Shown one piece after another: positions 36,430 to 49,380 of a stretch of DNA of 64,000 nt. The notes beneath the pieces are model-generated. The model did not search any database and had not been told where the DNA came from. It was given only the letters and a program-made list of their open reading frames with translations. The translations under genes and the position numbers were made by a program. How positions within the stretch are numbered: the stretch's first letter is position 1; every line of letters starts with the position of its first letter. The stretch is from contig JAKMXF010000316.1 of NCBI GenBank assembly GCA_024704765.1, forward strand, positions 62,001 to 126,000, read 5' to 3'. Origin of the DNA: Oopsacas minuta (taxonomy: Eukaryota; Animalia; Porifera).

Positions 36430-37380
36430 TATTTACTTCAGTATTTAGCAGTCCTCCTAGTGTGACCCTCTTCTCCACATCTTTCACACCTCAATTTAGA
36501 ATGAAATTCACATAAATCTGGATCACTTAGGAAGATAGTCTAATGAAGATATCACTTGTATTGTCTTCAAAAGAAGTTTTTCTATCTAATGCTCTCCGTA
36601 TTTTCGGTTGCATTAGAAATGTGTTTATTGATGGGAATCCTTGTATTATTAACTCTAGATCTTACAGTTGTTTTGCTGTGCAAAGTTGGCAACTTGTTCC
36701 TGCTGCTCCAGATATTATTCCAGTTGTCCCTCGAACATGGACCTAATGATACAAACAGAGACTTGACCCATTTTAGCGATGACAAACCCTCATTTTTCAT
36801 CCTGTCAATATCTGGATCTACTGTATCATTCACGAACTGTTTAATATTTTCATGATTCTCTTTAGCAGCACATAAGAATACTGGACGCTAACAAAAGGGT
36901 GAGTTAGGAGAAGTATTTCTCCAGAGCTCTTCCCTGTCGAAGAATTGACTACAACTGGTTTGAGGTAAAATAGGGTACATGACTTGTTGGATGTATTGGT
37001 GTTTTGATGGTGGTAAACTGTATGACTGCCAGAGCCGTCTAAAACATCCGCTATCTGAAGTATCAGAGGAAAATCATCCACTAAAGGGGATAAATTTGCG
37101 AGAAATCTGATAAATGCATGTTCAACAAATTTGGCGTAAGATGTACCTATACCAATCGGTGTCGAAACATTCGGATAAAGATATATTGAGGAACGTAGAA
37201 TAATATCGTGTCTATATTCAGCTACTTTCTGATATGCAAGAAATTCAATATTACTAGAGAGTAAATGTTTACGAAGCTTAGTGTATTTTCTCTTACTAAT
37301 TTCTAATACACCAAGAAGGAATAGAGTTTTATTAACATCAACACATTTGTTGAATACTTTAACAAAGGCTCCAATAGGAA
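36430..37380 (-). pseudogene. RAG1/Transib-like family 3, internally deleted remnant
   Basis: Minus strand: LEISKRKYTKLRK, IADVLDGSGSH..Y, GFPINKHIS, then a jump to RKTSFEDNTSDIFIRL..SDP..CERCGEEGH. Confidence 0.8.
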
Positions 37381-37920
37381 GAATATTAGCGATCTTTCAC
37401 TGAAGCAACAATCATCACGGCTATCTAGTCTTCTAGACTCAATCAGAGAACAGCATAAATTGAAAACACTTCTAAGGTCAAGATAGCTGCAATGACATTG
37501 GAGTTAATTTCTAATCAATCAGATGCCAGACCAGTGGCCAAGGTCCCCAAGTTAATAGCAAGTTATGGTTTAACATTTTCTCTTCAAATTTAACTCAAAA
37601 TCTGAATATAGAAGCGAATCCCATCATTGTCCTCCTAGAGAACCAATGGATTTTATTGATCTCTTTACCACATCCGTAACCTATGAAAGATTCTGTACAA
37701 TGAAACTTTCTTTTGATGGTCTAGTTCAAAATATTCCTCTATTTGAACTATGGTCTGAGAGGTGTCATATTCATGAACCTTCAAGAATTTTGCGAGTCAA
37801 GCTTGGAGTGCAGGGTTATTGTCTGGTATTTAGCCATTAACTCGACCAAAGATACAAATGATTACGATTGGAATCCCGTGTTAGAACATATTTACATAAA
37901 TGGTGTACTATCACATAATA
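37381..37920. pseudogene. Scrambled additional RAG1/Transib-like fragments
   Basis: Plus strand 37381-37640: ISDLSLKQQSSRL..IAAMTLELISNQ (NBD-like). Minus strand ~37640-37900: TPSLTRKILEGS-like C-terminal motif. Confidence 0.55.
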
Positions 37921-40900
37921 ACGAAAATTCAATTTCCAATTCCATAGCAACATAAAATCAAAATGGAATTCAAAGGAATTTTCAAAGTTGCGCACTGTTT
38001 AGGAAGCTAGAAATTTCAACTAACTTTCTATATACACTGATCAATAAGATGTATAATTTTCTTGTTGTCCTTTGTCTACTTTTATTTCGGCCCACTTTAT
38101 ATTTCAAATTTTAAGAACGATTTGTCAAATTCGGACGATGATTTTAAAGATTCAATAAATACAAATCTATAAGCTCTACAAGATAACTACATACAGATTT
38201 AGAATCAGTATACAAAGATTGTATCTGCTAGCATTCACTTCGTTGTAATAGACTTGATATACGTTGTCTGGAAACATGTCAATGTGCGTATATTAAAATT
38301 CGTATAGCCCGCAATTGGAACTAAAAGTTTGACAGAATTTGAAATTGCATACTGTTAATTGCCTAAGTACATGTTTTGAGATCAACATTAATTCACACAC
38401 ATCTACGTTACAAATAGAATATAAAGTAAATTGCTTATTAAAACATAAAGGTTTTGTAGTGTTCTAATCAAATAAATTGTTGTCAAAACCAAAGATTAAT
38501 GGTTCCTGTACAAAGCATAGCTGTTTCTATCCTTGATATTAATGTGTGTCAAAAAGAATTCTTCTTCGAAGATGGATAAATGGTGAGACATACATTACAA
38601 AGAGTTTTGTTAATAAGCACATTTTAAATACGAAGGCAATTCGAGGTTTTAGGACATTCTATATCTCATAAACGGATTGAAACAAACTTGTTTTCATTAT
38701 ACCATCATAATCGGATGCTTTTGCATTGATAAATATATTTTACAAAGTTGGAATGGACATTGCAGACAAGCATTTTGATACGACAATCGACCTAGCAAAC
38801 GCAATTTGGCGATCACTAATGGCATCTACCGGAAATTATAAAATGTACTTTTAGATGGCTAGATTGTCACAACGGATTGTATACCTTAATGGCGATTATT
38901 TCGAGATAGTTTACAGATTGTTAGGTATATTCAGTATAGATGCAAATATGGGGTAAGTTGGGACTTTTGAAGGCACATTGTAAATTGAAATAAAATTAAA
39001 CGTTCGATAACAGGGTGTATCTTCCAACATACAGTAAATACTTCTAAGCATCTGCGATTATGAATGGAAAATAGCATATAAGAAATTGGAAACATATGCA
39101 GAATCAAGTGGATAAATATTTGAAAAGTTGACGCTAATTCGTTCAATTCACTTTCTAGTATTTAACTATTACTAGAAAACTTGAAGTTGACATTGAAAAA
39201 ATACAAGCTAATAAAAATAAATGGAATAGATGGCCGAATGAGTGGTACAAGAGGTATCCAAGATTTTCTGGGCCGGCACTATGAATTAATCGAATTCCTT
39301 TGACACTTTTCCCACACTTTTTCAACAAACTTAAATACAATGGAACCTTGCGACTCAAGTTGACGCAGTATATTGGCACCAAAAAGGTTTCTACAATAAT
39401 GAACTGGCAGCTAAATATAACCCTGAAGTGATAGATTGTATAGCCATATTTTTTGAATCTATTGACTTAAAATGATTTATAAATACAATTGTGGAAAAAA
39501 TATGACATAGTCACAACTGTTACCAATGTTTACTAAAATGGAAACAATATGAACAAAACCAATGATGCTGTATCAAGATTTCACGGATGATAATTGATGT
39601 TCTGCAAGAATTACCGTACAGATTTGTTTTGATTTTATGACTTAAAATACTGTTCTTAGTATTGCAGATTGGTTTCCCTGTACCCGCAAATTGAGATCAG
39701 AAATGATAAAATACAATGATGTAACTGGATCGATTTTAGAAAGCTTGCTGGCTGTAAATTTGTCCCTCACTTGAATCTGGTTGATCTACTCCAAGGCCAG
39801 TTTTCCATCTACACTAGATTCCGGAGAATTTACATTAGCGAAAAATTCTAATGGGGTTCCATCAAGGTCTTCAGAAGTGCCTGAAGGATAGTGAATCTAC
39901 TACTCGCAGAGAGCAAATTTTGTGGTAATACACCACCTATTATTCCTAGATGCTTCAGTAGATGACCTTGTTTCTTGAAGACGCGCTTGCTTTCGTTCTT
40001 CAAGGTCACTCGCTCTTCTTACTCTTTTTCGTGTAGTATCGCCATATTATTTCTAACGATTTGAAACATATCCAGGACAGGGAAAAATTGAGTCCTCTAA
40101 ATTCCATAAGCGTCAAAACTAACATGGGAACGAAATTTTGATTTTCAGCTACGTACGAAAGGCAGAAATAATCTTGTAATTACTACCCATGCCTTCGTCA
40201 GTGATATTGAAGAAAGGAATATCATATGAATTCTTTATTATGAATAAGTGAAAATCCAATTTAGAATCAAATTGTAAGCCATAACCTGCCTTTTCAGCAG
40301 GCGAACTTTGTCAAGTATACATAGACCGCTAATGAACATTAAATAGGGCTAGATACTTGTGTCAACACAAGAAAATCTAACACTAACTTCTTAAAAGTAC
40401 GACAAAGTACCAAGGTGGCCAGTTAAGAGAGAATCTGGACAGAATAATAACATTAATGATCCTATAAATTGCTTAAAATTATCTGATCACGATTTTTCCT
40501 TCTAAGCAGACAGTTATGTATTCTATGGTCAGATAGGTAAGATGTTCCATATTCTTCTAATGTTATCTGCGCTTGGGCCTAAATGTCAAGAGTTGCTAGA
40601 TATCCTGAAAAAAGTTGATAGATTTCCTGAAAAAAACTTATCCACAGAAACTGTATTAGAATTATAATAAAATGAGAGAGCTGAACTGATGAGAAGATAT
40701 CTCCAAACTCATGTAGTATATTTTGATCACCGCTTTAAGGAGTTAAACAACAACATTAATTCCCTCAAATGTCAGTCCCCGAATTGAAGTTGCGATTGCT
40801 GCACATGAGTAAAGTGTAGCAGAGGGGGTAGTCACATGTACACTCCCGTAAATAAGAGGAGCTGAAAAAGTCGTTAAATTAGTGCAATCAGATCTTTATA

Positions 40901-41346
40901 TCATGAATTCGTCAGGTATTGTATTAATTCCCTAATACGAGCTCAGCTACGATATTACTAATGAGACCATGGACTCCTTTAACTCAGGACTGTAGATGCT
41001 CATCCACGGGCCCTGGAAGTTTAGTCCATTGCATGTAAATGAAAACTAATCGTTTTCATGGTAAGAAATGATGCATTGTTAAATATGAAGTCACATATGG
41101 TGAATTAATTAGTCATACTGGAATATTTGTAGTTTGAGTTTTGCGGTTTTTACGTCTTCCAATATATGGTAAAGTCGATTCCGGTTATAAGAACACCTGG
41201 TATATGAACATTTGGGGTATAAGAACAATCTTCTGGAAAATGTCCCCGAATTTCCTAAATACAACATGCTGGTTATAAGAATATACCGGATATAATTTTC
41301 ACATTGCATACTCAAAAGTACATATCACTGGAATCATATAAAAACT

Positions 41347-42150
41347 CTTCAATTGATACTACGCCATCAAAAGAATTCGTGCCCCACGAAATATCCCTGT
41401 TCTGATTGTGCTACTTATCGACTAAATATTCAAGTTGGAACTAAGATGAGAACTGAAATATACAAGGATCAAAAAATTAGTGTGCTAATATAAACTTTGG
41501 TCATTATATTGAAATTTTCAACAATTCTTTTCTATGAGGTGTAAATATAATAATAATAATACGTACAGTGAATTAGGCTATATTGTAAATCGTATATCAA
41601 CAAATATACTGTTTCTATGTGGAATCTGATTGCATTATCGAAGTCTATACCCATGAATTACCCTAGATACCAATTTTCTAAACTTTCACATAATTTTCTA
41701 ATAAGTTATGGTTATTTGGCAAATTTTTTCACTTGTGTCATAAGTGGCACAAGTGGCAGAAACAAATAAATTCAGATTTAATCAGAATTCTACTACAACA
41801 AGTACAACCATGATTAGTATGGAAATATCGCATTTTTAGTCATCATTATCTAACCTCTACACATTGATATTTGTGTTCCTGCCACTTGTGCCACTCATGA
41901 CGCAAGTAGCACAATTTTCCCAATTGTCATAACTCAAAAGAAAATTGTGTAAAAGTTTAGAAAATGGGTAACTAAGGTAGTTCCCGATAATGCAATCAGA
42001 CTTCACATTAAAATAATATAATTGTTGATACACGGTTTCCAATATACAACTAGCTCATTATAATTTCAATATATTTACTCATGTAAAAATTGTCAAAAAT
42101 TTCTAAAAATCACCAAAACTTATGCAAACACACCTATTTTTGATACAAAC
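41347..42150. repeat. Old diverged foldback element
   Basis: Imperfect inverted arms ~41465-41770 and ~41865-42145 share TCTGATTGCATTATCG, TTTTCTAAACTTT and GTGGCACAAGTGGCAG. Confidence 0.65.
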
Positions 42151-42749
42151 AACAGGTTAGGTGTATTTACTAATGTTTTTCAATATATATTGGAGCCTCT
42201 CAGACTCAGGATAATAGCCCCGCGATCCCCTTCAATAAAGGAGTCTATGAACGAGACACATAAAGGTGTCAGAGTTGCCAGTTGGGATTCATCAGAAAAC
42301 TTCTGATAGTCTGCAACTTATCCGATTCGAGATCTTATCCAACTGCCACTTGTCCGAATCACTAAAAATTAACCGTACTTGTCTAAACCAAACCTATTAC
42401 TCTCTTCTTCACAAATCTCTTGAATTATTATTTTGGGTGATAACCCAAAGCCGTAGGGCGAATGCAGAAAAGTATCGTAGTACTTTTGAAACTAATATCC
42501 GCACCATCGTTTTTGGTGGTCAAGAGCGCATGAAAATAGCACCGAAAATAAACACGGCAGTAGAAGGAAACCAACGATCAGAAAGTGTCTAATCTTCTTA
42601 TTGCTAAATTTCTAGGGAGCAAGATGAAGATCACTCGCAAAATATCTCAGCATATAAATCTAAGGGTTCTAAAGTCCACATGTAACTCAGCATAGTTAGT
42701 TTCGGAAAATCTAGGGATAAAGCCGTATAAGCCACAGTTACACCAAATT

Positions 42750-43503
42750 TACCGAATACAGAAAATTGCTCGATTATCCTTATGTATTATATAGAACGCG
42801 AAAAAATTGGTCACGTAATGATTGGCAAATGCATTATCATCTAATGAAGCTCCATTTCAGTTATGTTATTCACCTGATCAACAGAATAACAAGACTTAGC
42901 GAAAGACAGAGAGAATGTTGAATTTACGGAAACAGTGGAGTTTCTGTAAATTGGATATTTAAAGAATGATGTCATAAAATGGCCTTTCAGACCACCGCAT
43001 TATTTATAGTGGGCAAACAGTAACAACAGTGTGCTATCTAAAAGAGATTCTGATGAAGTAGTTGATGTCAACATGCATCGAGATAAAGGTACAGTAAAGA
43101 GAGTAAATTATTGTCGCACATATTAGCTGCCATATTTCAACAGGATGGTGGCTCAGCATTGTATCCAAAACACAGGAATGACTTAAGGACAACTTTGAAA
43201 CTTCTGGCACAAAGGGATTCGGAATGCCAACTCTCCTGACCTGAGTAAATAGAAAATTTATGGCCAATACTGTAACCCACCGTTGTGCAACAAACCAAAT
43301 CACTCGAAAGAATACACTGGTATTTTCAGCTTGGGATATTATTCCACCTGAAGTTATGAACAAATAAATAACAAGTGTGTTAGAGCGAATAAAGAATGTA
43401 TATAACTAAAGGGTGCATATATTGGGAATATATGTATGTGTTTAGAAATTATAAATGAAATATTGATTTAGTAATGGCAGGCATCAATTTCTTGACATCC
43501 TGT
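42750..43503 (+). pseudogene. Heavily decayed Tc1-like remnant
   Basis: FQQDGGSA and NSPDLS..ENLW remnants; TIR-like CAATTTCTTGACATCCTG at ~43485-43502. Confidence 0.55.
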
Positions 43504-43571
43504 CTATCCAATCAAAATATATTACTAAAAAGAATACATTCTTATAATGCGATATTTATCTGACAATATTA

Positions 43572-44914
43572 CAGGGTGTCCAGAAATTATTGATACCATG
43601 AATTTCTATTTTTATCTGACCATATTATGATTCATGTTGTTTCCTAAGTATGTATAATGATATTTCATTTATGTTCATTACCGATTCAATCTTTTTCGCA
43701 ATTTTTGAATTTAAAATATCAAAATTTAGTGAAATTTTATATAATTTATTAAACCACGATTTCCTATTTTTATTAGCGTCATTATCATGAATATTGAGAT
43801 TTGTTCACGTGCTATTGGTATGATATATGGTGGCATGACACAGAAAGATGTAACTAATCGTCTTAGTAAGGGAATTGCCACTATTAAATGTGGTGGAAAC
43901 GCCATATCAATAACCAGAGTCTCCATCATAGACTTGGTGCAGGAAGGCCGCCAAAATTGAATCCAGTGGCAAAGATGATAATATCTAAGTCTTTGGGAAA
44001 AAGACATCAGTCCATAAGGAGATTGAGTGCAAAATTGAAATCTAAAGGACATTCTATTTCGAAAAGTACTGTACACTCTTATTTGAAGAAGTCTGTTGGC
44101 GCTAAACCCTTCAAAAGGCCCAAATAACCGAAATTGACACCAAAACAAAAGGAAAACAGACTTTTGTTTTGCCAAAAATATCGAAATTGGTCAGTGGATG
44201 ATTGGAAATGCATTCTTTGGAATGATGAGTCTCCATTTGAACTTTTTCATCCTTCAAACCATCAAAATGACCGAATTTGGGCAAAGAGTTCAGCAAATAT
44301 ACCCCCTCAAGCAAACAGTAAAATTTCCTCAGAGTCATGGTGTGGGGCATGATGAGCTATCAAGCGGTCTCTGAACTGTACATAATACCCCCTAAACAAA
44401 ATATAAATGCCGCCTATTATACGGATGAGATATTGGTCAAAACCTGTAAAGATGCAATGAAACGCAAAAAGAAAGACAGGAAATATCTTGCAGAAGAGAA
44501 TGCTTCCAGACCCGTTGAAATCGATATTTATGCAAGATGATCTCCATCTCACTGGGCCAAAATTTCGCAAGAATGGTGTTATAAACACTTACCTAATTTT
44601 TGACAGAAAGAAGTGTGGCCAGGTAATTCGCCAGACCTGAACCCCATTGAAAATCTTTGGGCAATACTCAAGCAGAAGCTTGAGGAGGCACCCCAGCCGA
44701 ACAACCTTCAAGACCTCATATTTCTTCTGAAAAATGCTTGGTCAAACTTAGATTCTTCGCTCCTCGAAAATTTAATAATAGACATGCCAAATAGAATTGC
44801 AAAATGCATAGAATTAGAAGGAGATTATATAGGTAAATGAAATGAATAAATAGTGGGTAGTTTTCGAAACTTATAGCAACTTATGAAAGGTATCAATAAT
44901 TACTGAACACCCTG
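43572..44914 (+). mobile_element. Tc1-like (DDxE) transposon with several frameshifts
   Basis: TA|CAGGGTGT(C/T)CAG(A/T)AATTATTGATACC TIRs; WNDESPF, MVWGMMS, SPDLNPIENLW. Confidence 0.9.
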
Positions 44915-45025
44915 TATGCATATTTTCATACATCAAAATGAAATTGAATAATGACAACATGCGTAGTGTGACATGTATATTGAAATTAATCACAATTCAA
45001 TTTCAATTACAGTGGATACACTATA

Positions 45026-46368
45026 CAGGGTGTAACAAAAGTATTGTCGTCATATTAATATACATTAAATTCAAATGTCACATTCGTATACAACCCTTGC
45101 TATTGATTTCTCTAAGTAAATATCTTTTTATACAACTTAGTTAAACTCGAGTGAAGTCAAATCTTACAAGAATATATTTTGGAATTATTTTCGTCATTTG
45201 AAAATTTCTACTTAATTGTTGTGATATGAATGTCCAAGATTACGGATTATCTTTAAGATCTCAGGCATTAGGGATGCTTAAAGCAGGAGAAACGCCTAAA
45301 AAGGTTGCTCAAGTGTTGAATATCAATATTCGATCAGTTCAGAGATGGGGGCGTAGCGATAAATTGGGATTTTTAATTGAATCAAAGCCTAAGTCTGGAC
45401 GTCCGCCGAAAATTGATAGAGTTTGGAAAATTGTCATCGCTAAGTCTTTGGGGAAGAGAAGGCAATCTACACGAAAGCTAGCTCTGAGATTAACGAGGAG
45501 TGGTTATGATGTCCCTCACACCTCTGTACATCGATATTTGAGAAAGTCTCTAGGTGCTACGCCATTTAAAAGGCCTCGAAGGCCTCGATTGACCTTGAAA
45601 ATGAAGGAAAACCGGATCTAATTTGCGCAGAAACAGAAGGATTGGAATGTAGAAGATTGGAATAGAGTTCTGTAGTCGGATAAATCTCCATTCGAATTAT
45701 TGCCAACTCCAAACAGACAGAATGGCCGAGTTTGGAGCAAGGATTCAGGTTCAATCGAACCCTGTACAAAGATAAAATTTCCGGCGAAAGTTCATGCTTG
45801 GGGCATGATGTCTCACCAAGCCCTATCTGAGCTGCATGTTATACCTCAGGGGCAAACTATTAATGGAGAGTACTATCGTACGAAGATTTTGGCTGGATCT
45901 TACAAAGATGCGATCAATAGAAGAACAAAAAATGGATCGGTTTTACAGCGGGCCATGATTTCAAAGATGTCTGAGATAATTTTTATGCAAGACGGGGCTC
46001 CCGCTCATACGGCCAAGCTAACGCAAGAATGGTGCAAACAGAATCTTCCAGCGTTTTGGCAGAAAGCGAAGTGGCCTAGGAACTCACCTGACCTCAATCC
46101 CATTGAAAACTTATGGTCAATACTGAAAGACAAAGTGGAAGAGTTTGAGCAAACAAGCACTGTGAATAACCTCGTCAAAAATTTGGAAAAGGCATGGAGT
46201 GGTATTTCAAGAGATGTTTGCAAAATATGGCCTCCAGTATGCCCAGGCGAGTAGCACTCGTATTAGAAAGACAAGGAGACTATATTGAGAAGTAATAATG
46301 TACTAATAGGTGTATTTTAGCTTACGTTGGATTCAATATATAAAACGATAATACTTTTGTTACAACTG
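45026..46368 (+). mobile_element. Tc1-like DD37E transposon, disrupted
   Basis: TA|CAG(G/T)(G/T)TGTAACAAAAGTATT-type TIRs; MQDGAPAH..SPDLNPIE with 37 residues between the second D and E by my count. Confidence 0.9.
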
Positions 46369-46999
46369 TAGATGAACGATGCTTGAATTGTCGCTGATTC
46401 TTATACAGAATATTTATTGTCCTTACTTGCAGAGTGTAGGTTTCCACAAAGAGTGGAAATGATATCTTATTCGAAATTGTTAAACACTCGGTATTGTATT
46501 ACGCTCTCTTCCTAAGATGATGACGGTTAGTCTCTTCAGTCTTTGCCTCGTTATCACCGTTCCATAGTGCCATGTTGGACTTCTGATTGTATATTTATTA
46601 TTCATTCATTATGATAATTTGTCATTAAGAAAACTAAGTAGTCTTTTACTTGGCGTAACTGGTGAAATACACCAATTAAACAAGTTTAATGCAAAGAATA
46701 ATTTGACTTCAACTTGCTATTTACTTAGGGCAGGCCACGAATACGAGGACCCGAGATGGTACGCGAATACCTGCTAGGGGGTATGTGAGAAAATGTTGAA
46801 ATATACACCCTACTGCTGAATTGCTGAATTTGATGCAGTACCGCACTTGAAGTCTCCTCAACACCTTGCTAACTACAACTGCCAACTCTCTTTACTAGTT
46901 ATGGATAATTGGTTGACACTTGTTTCATTACGAAACAGCAGCACCTGTGGTGTTAGTTTTGCCGAATCGGGAGATGACAAAGCATCGTCAACTTGATAG

Positions 47000-47420
47000 A
47001 CAAAATCCTATCTCTAGATTTTTCTTCGCAACCATAGAGCCGCCGCCACCACTGTGTTTCTGCTGTAGTGACATACTTTCGAATATTAGCATAAAACCAT
47101 CCCATTTACATCGCCCCCTGAGTTTAGGCATCACTCTTGTGTGGGTAAGCCCATAGAGTTTTTCCATTCAATGCTGTCAGAATTTAAGAGAAAACAAGAA
47201 AAATTATGAAGCAGCATCAATCTCAACGAAAGCTTTGGAAGAATCATATGCTGTCTTGTTACTATTCGCTAAATCTAAAACGACATTCACCCTATCCGAA
47301 GAGGTATGCAATTGTGAAATTGTCGCATAACTATGTATTATCTTGGTTATCAAGGAAATAATAGAAATCAATAAAGTTTCACTAAATATATTAATAATGC
47401 TGAATCCGATTTTCACACTT
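47000..47420 (+). pseudogene. hAT (Buster/ZBED-like) N-terminal remnant
   Basis: PLCFCCSDILSN..KPSHLHR and STKALEESYAV..FAKSK.TFTLSEE. Confidence 0.55.
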
Positions 47421-47463
47421 TTGGATTTAAAACATATAAATATATTGTTGTTTTATGAATATA

Positions 47464-48768
47464 CAGGGTGACCCATAAATACTGTTACCAATTATACACG
47501 ACCCACATTTTAAATCTAGTATTTGAATAGTGGATAATTTGATTTACAATTATTAATCTACTATTATTCTATTGATTTAGCATATATTTTACGTGTTTTT
47601 GGAAAGAAAACATTTCTACGCTCATGCAGTCTAGAAGAGCAGCAGTAATTAAGCTATTTACCTCTGGAAAGTCTCGGAGTCAGATTGCCTATTTGCTTAA
47701 GGAAGGCAAAATGTTTATCTCTCGTACTCTAAAACGTTACGCCGATACTAAAAGCATTACTGATAAGCATAGGCCTGGACGGCCGAGGTCTGTGAGGACT
47801 CTTGCTATGCGGAAGAACGTCATTCGTCAGATCAGGCGAAATCCGGCCAGGAGTATGCGAAAAATGGCAAAACAAATGAAAACCAGCAAGGAAATGATGA
47901 GGCGACTAGTACGTCATGATATAGGAATGAAAGCTTATAAAATTCAAAAGCACCAACTTCTCACGACTCAAACTAAACAAAAGAGGCTAATAAGAAGCAA
48001 AGCGATGCTTTTGCGTTTCACCGGCGGACTACACAAACAAATTGTCTTCTCGGATGAAAAATTATTCACTGTTGAACAGTCTCTGAATCAGCAAAACGAC
48101 AGAATTCTGGCTGGCTCTTAGTAAGGATGCACTCCCACAAGACACTTTTCGGGTTTTTAGAACTCAAAAACCGATGTCAGTCATGGCATGGGCAGGGGTA
48201 ACTTCGACAGGTCGGACGCCCTTAGTTTTTGTCCCCCAAGGGGTCAAAATTAATCAGACTGTATATCGTGGTGATATTCTCGCGAAGGCTTTGAAGCCCT
48301 GGGGACAGAAACATTTCAAAAAGGTCAAGTGGATATTCCAGCAAGATTCAGCACCAGCTCACAGGGCAAGAGCCACCCAAGAGTGGTGCAAAACAAATTT
48401 TCCAGGATTCATCTCATCGGAAGAATGGCCGCCCTGCTCACCAGATTTGAACCCACTTGACTTCTCCATATGGTCAATATTGGAAAAAAGGGTCAATTGC
48501 AATAAATACCGAAGTCTGGCGGATCTAAGACAAGCTTTGTTACGAGAATGGGATAAAATACCTCAGGAATATGTGTGGTCCAGCGTAGAATCATTCATTG
48601 CTGACTACAGAGGTGTATTAAAGCTAAAGATGATATTATCGAGTGATGGTAATTATATTGTTTAGTTTGCTGTATTATTGCAATAATTTGAAAATTTCTA
48701 AGTTGCATCTAAAATATTATTTAAATTATGGCATGGAAAATGAGTAACAGTATTTATGGGTCACCCTG
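47464..48768 (+). mobile_element. maT-type DD37D transposon, two frameshifts
   Basis: TA|CAGGGTGACCCATAAATACTGTTAC perfect TIRs; FSDEK, FQQDSAPAH, SPDLNPLDF with 37 residues between the last two D. Confidence 0.93.
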
Positions 48769-49380
48769 TATAGTAAACAAATTATCAAAATCTTTAAATA
48801 TACGTCCGGCTTACTCTAAACGGCTACACAGGGGTAAAATTGCAAACTGAATCCGAATACACATTTTCAAGTTTCTATGTAAATATGTTTTTTAATAATA
48901 TAAAGGTAACAAATGACCAAAATGTCGATTTTACTTAGATACTAGCCATCAACGGCTACAAAGGGGCTTGATCTTACAAAAGACTTCAATAATATATCAG
49001 CCATATACTTATATTTGTGAATTACATTGTCTTAAATATATCCATATTATAATACTAAAGGGGCCTTCAATTTTGAGACTAATGCATACCTCGAGGCGCA
49101 ATGCGCCGAGTTGATCGAGAAGTGACGAGCCAAAGGCTCGTATAATAGAAATTAGAATAAACATCTGTTAAGTTGACGTCACAGGGCAATATGAATTTGA
49201 ACCAATGACAATAACTAAAGTGTTTAACTGATACCATAACCCAAAATATAATATAAATACATGAAGTATTATTGGATAAGTAATAAATTTCATACTACAG
49301 AAATTAAACAATAAAATCAAATATACAATACTAGTATATAAATAAGGCAAATGCAAAAGACTAGAAATTTATTGTATATG

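Noticed and set aside
38000-41100. Possible decayed coding sequence
   Set aside because: Stop-riddled frames with no motif I can assign; nothing supportable.
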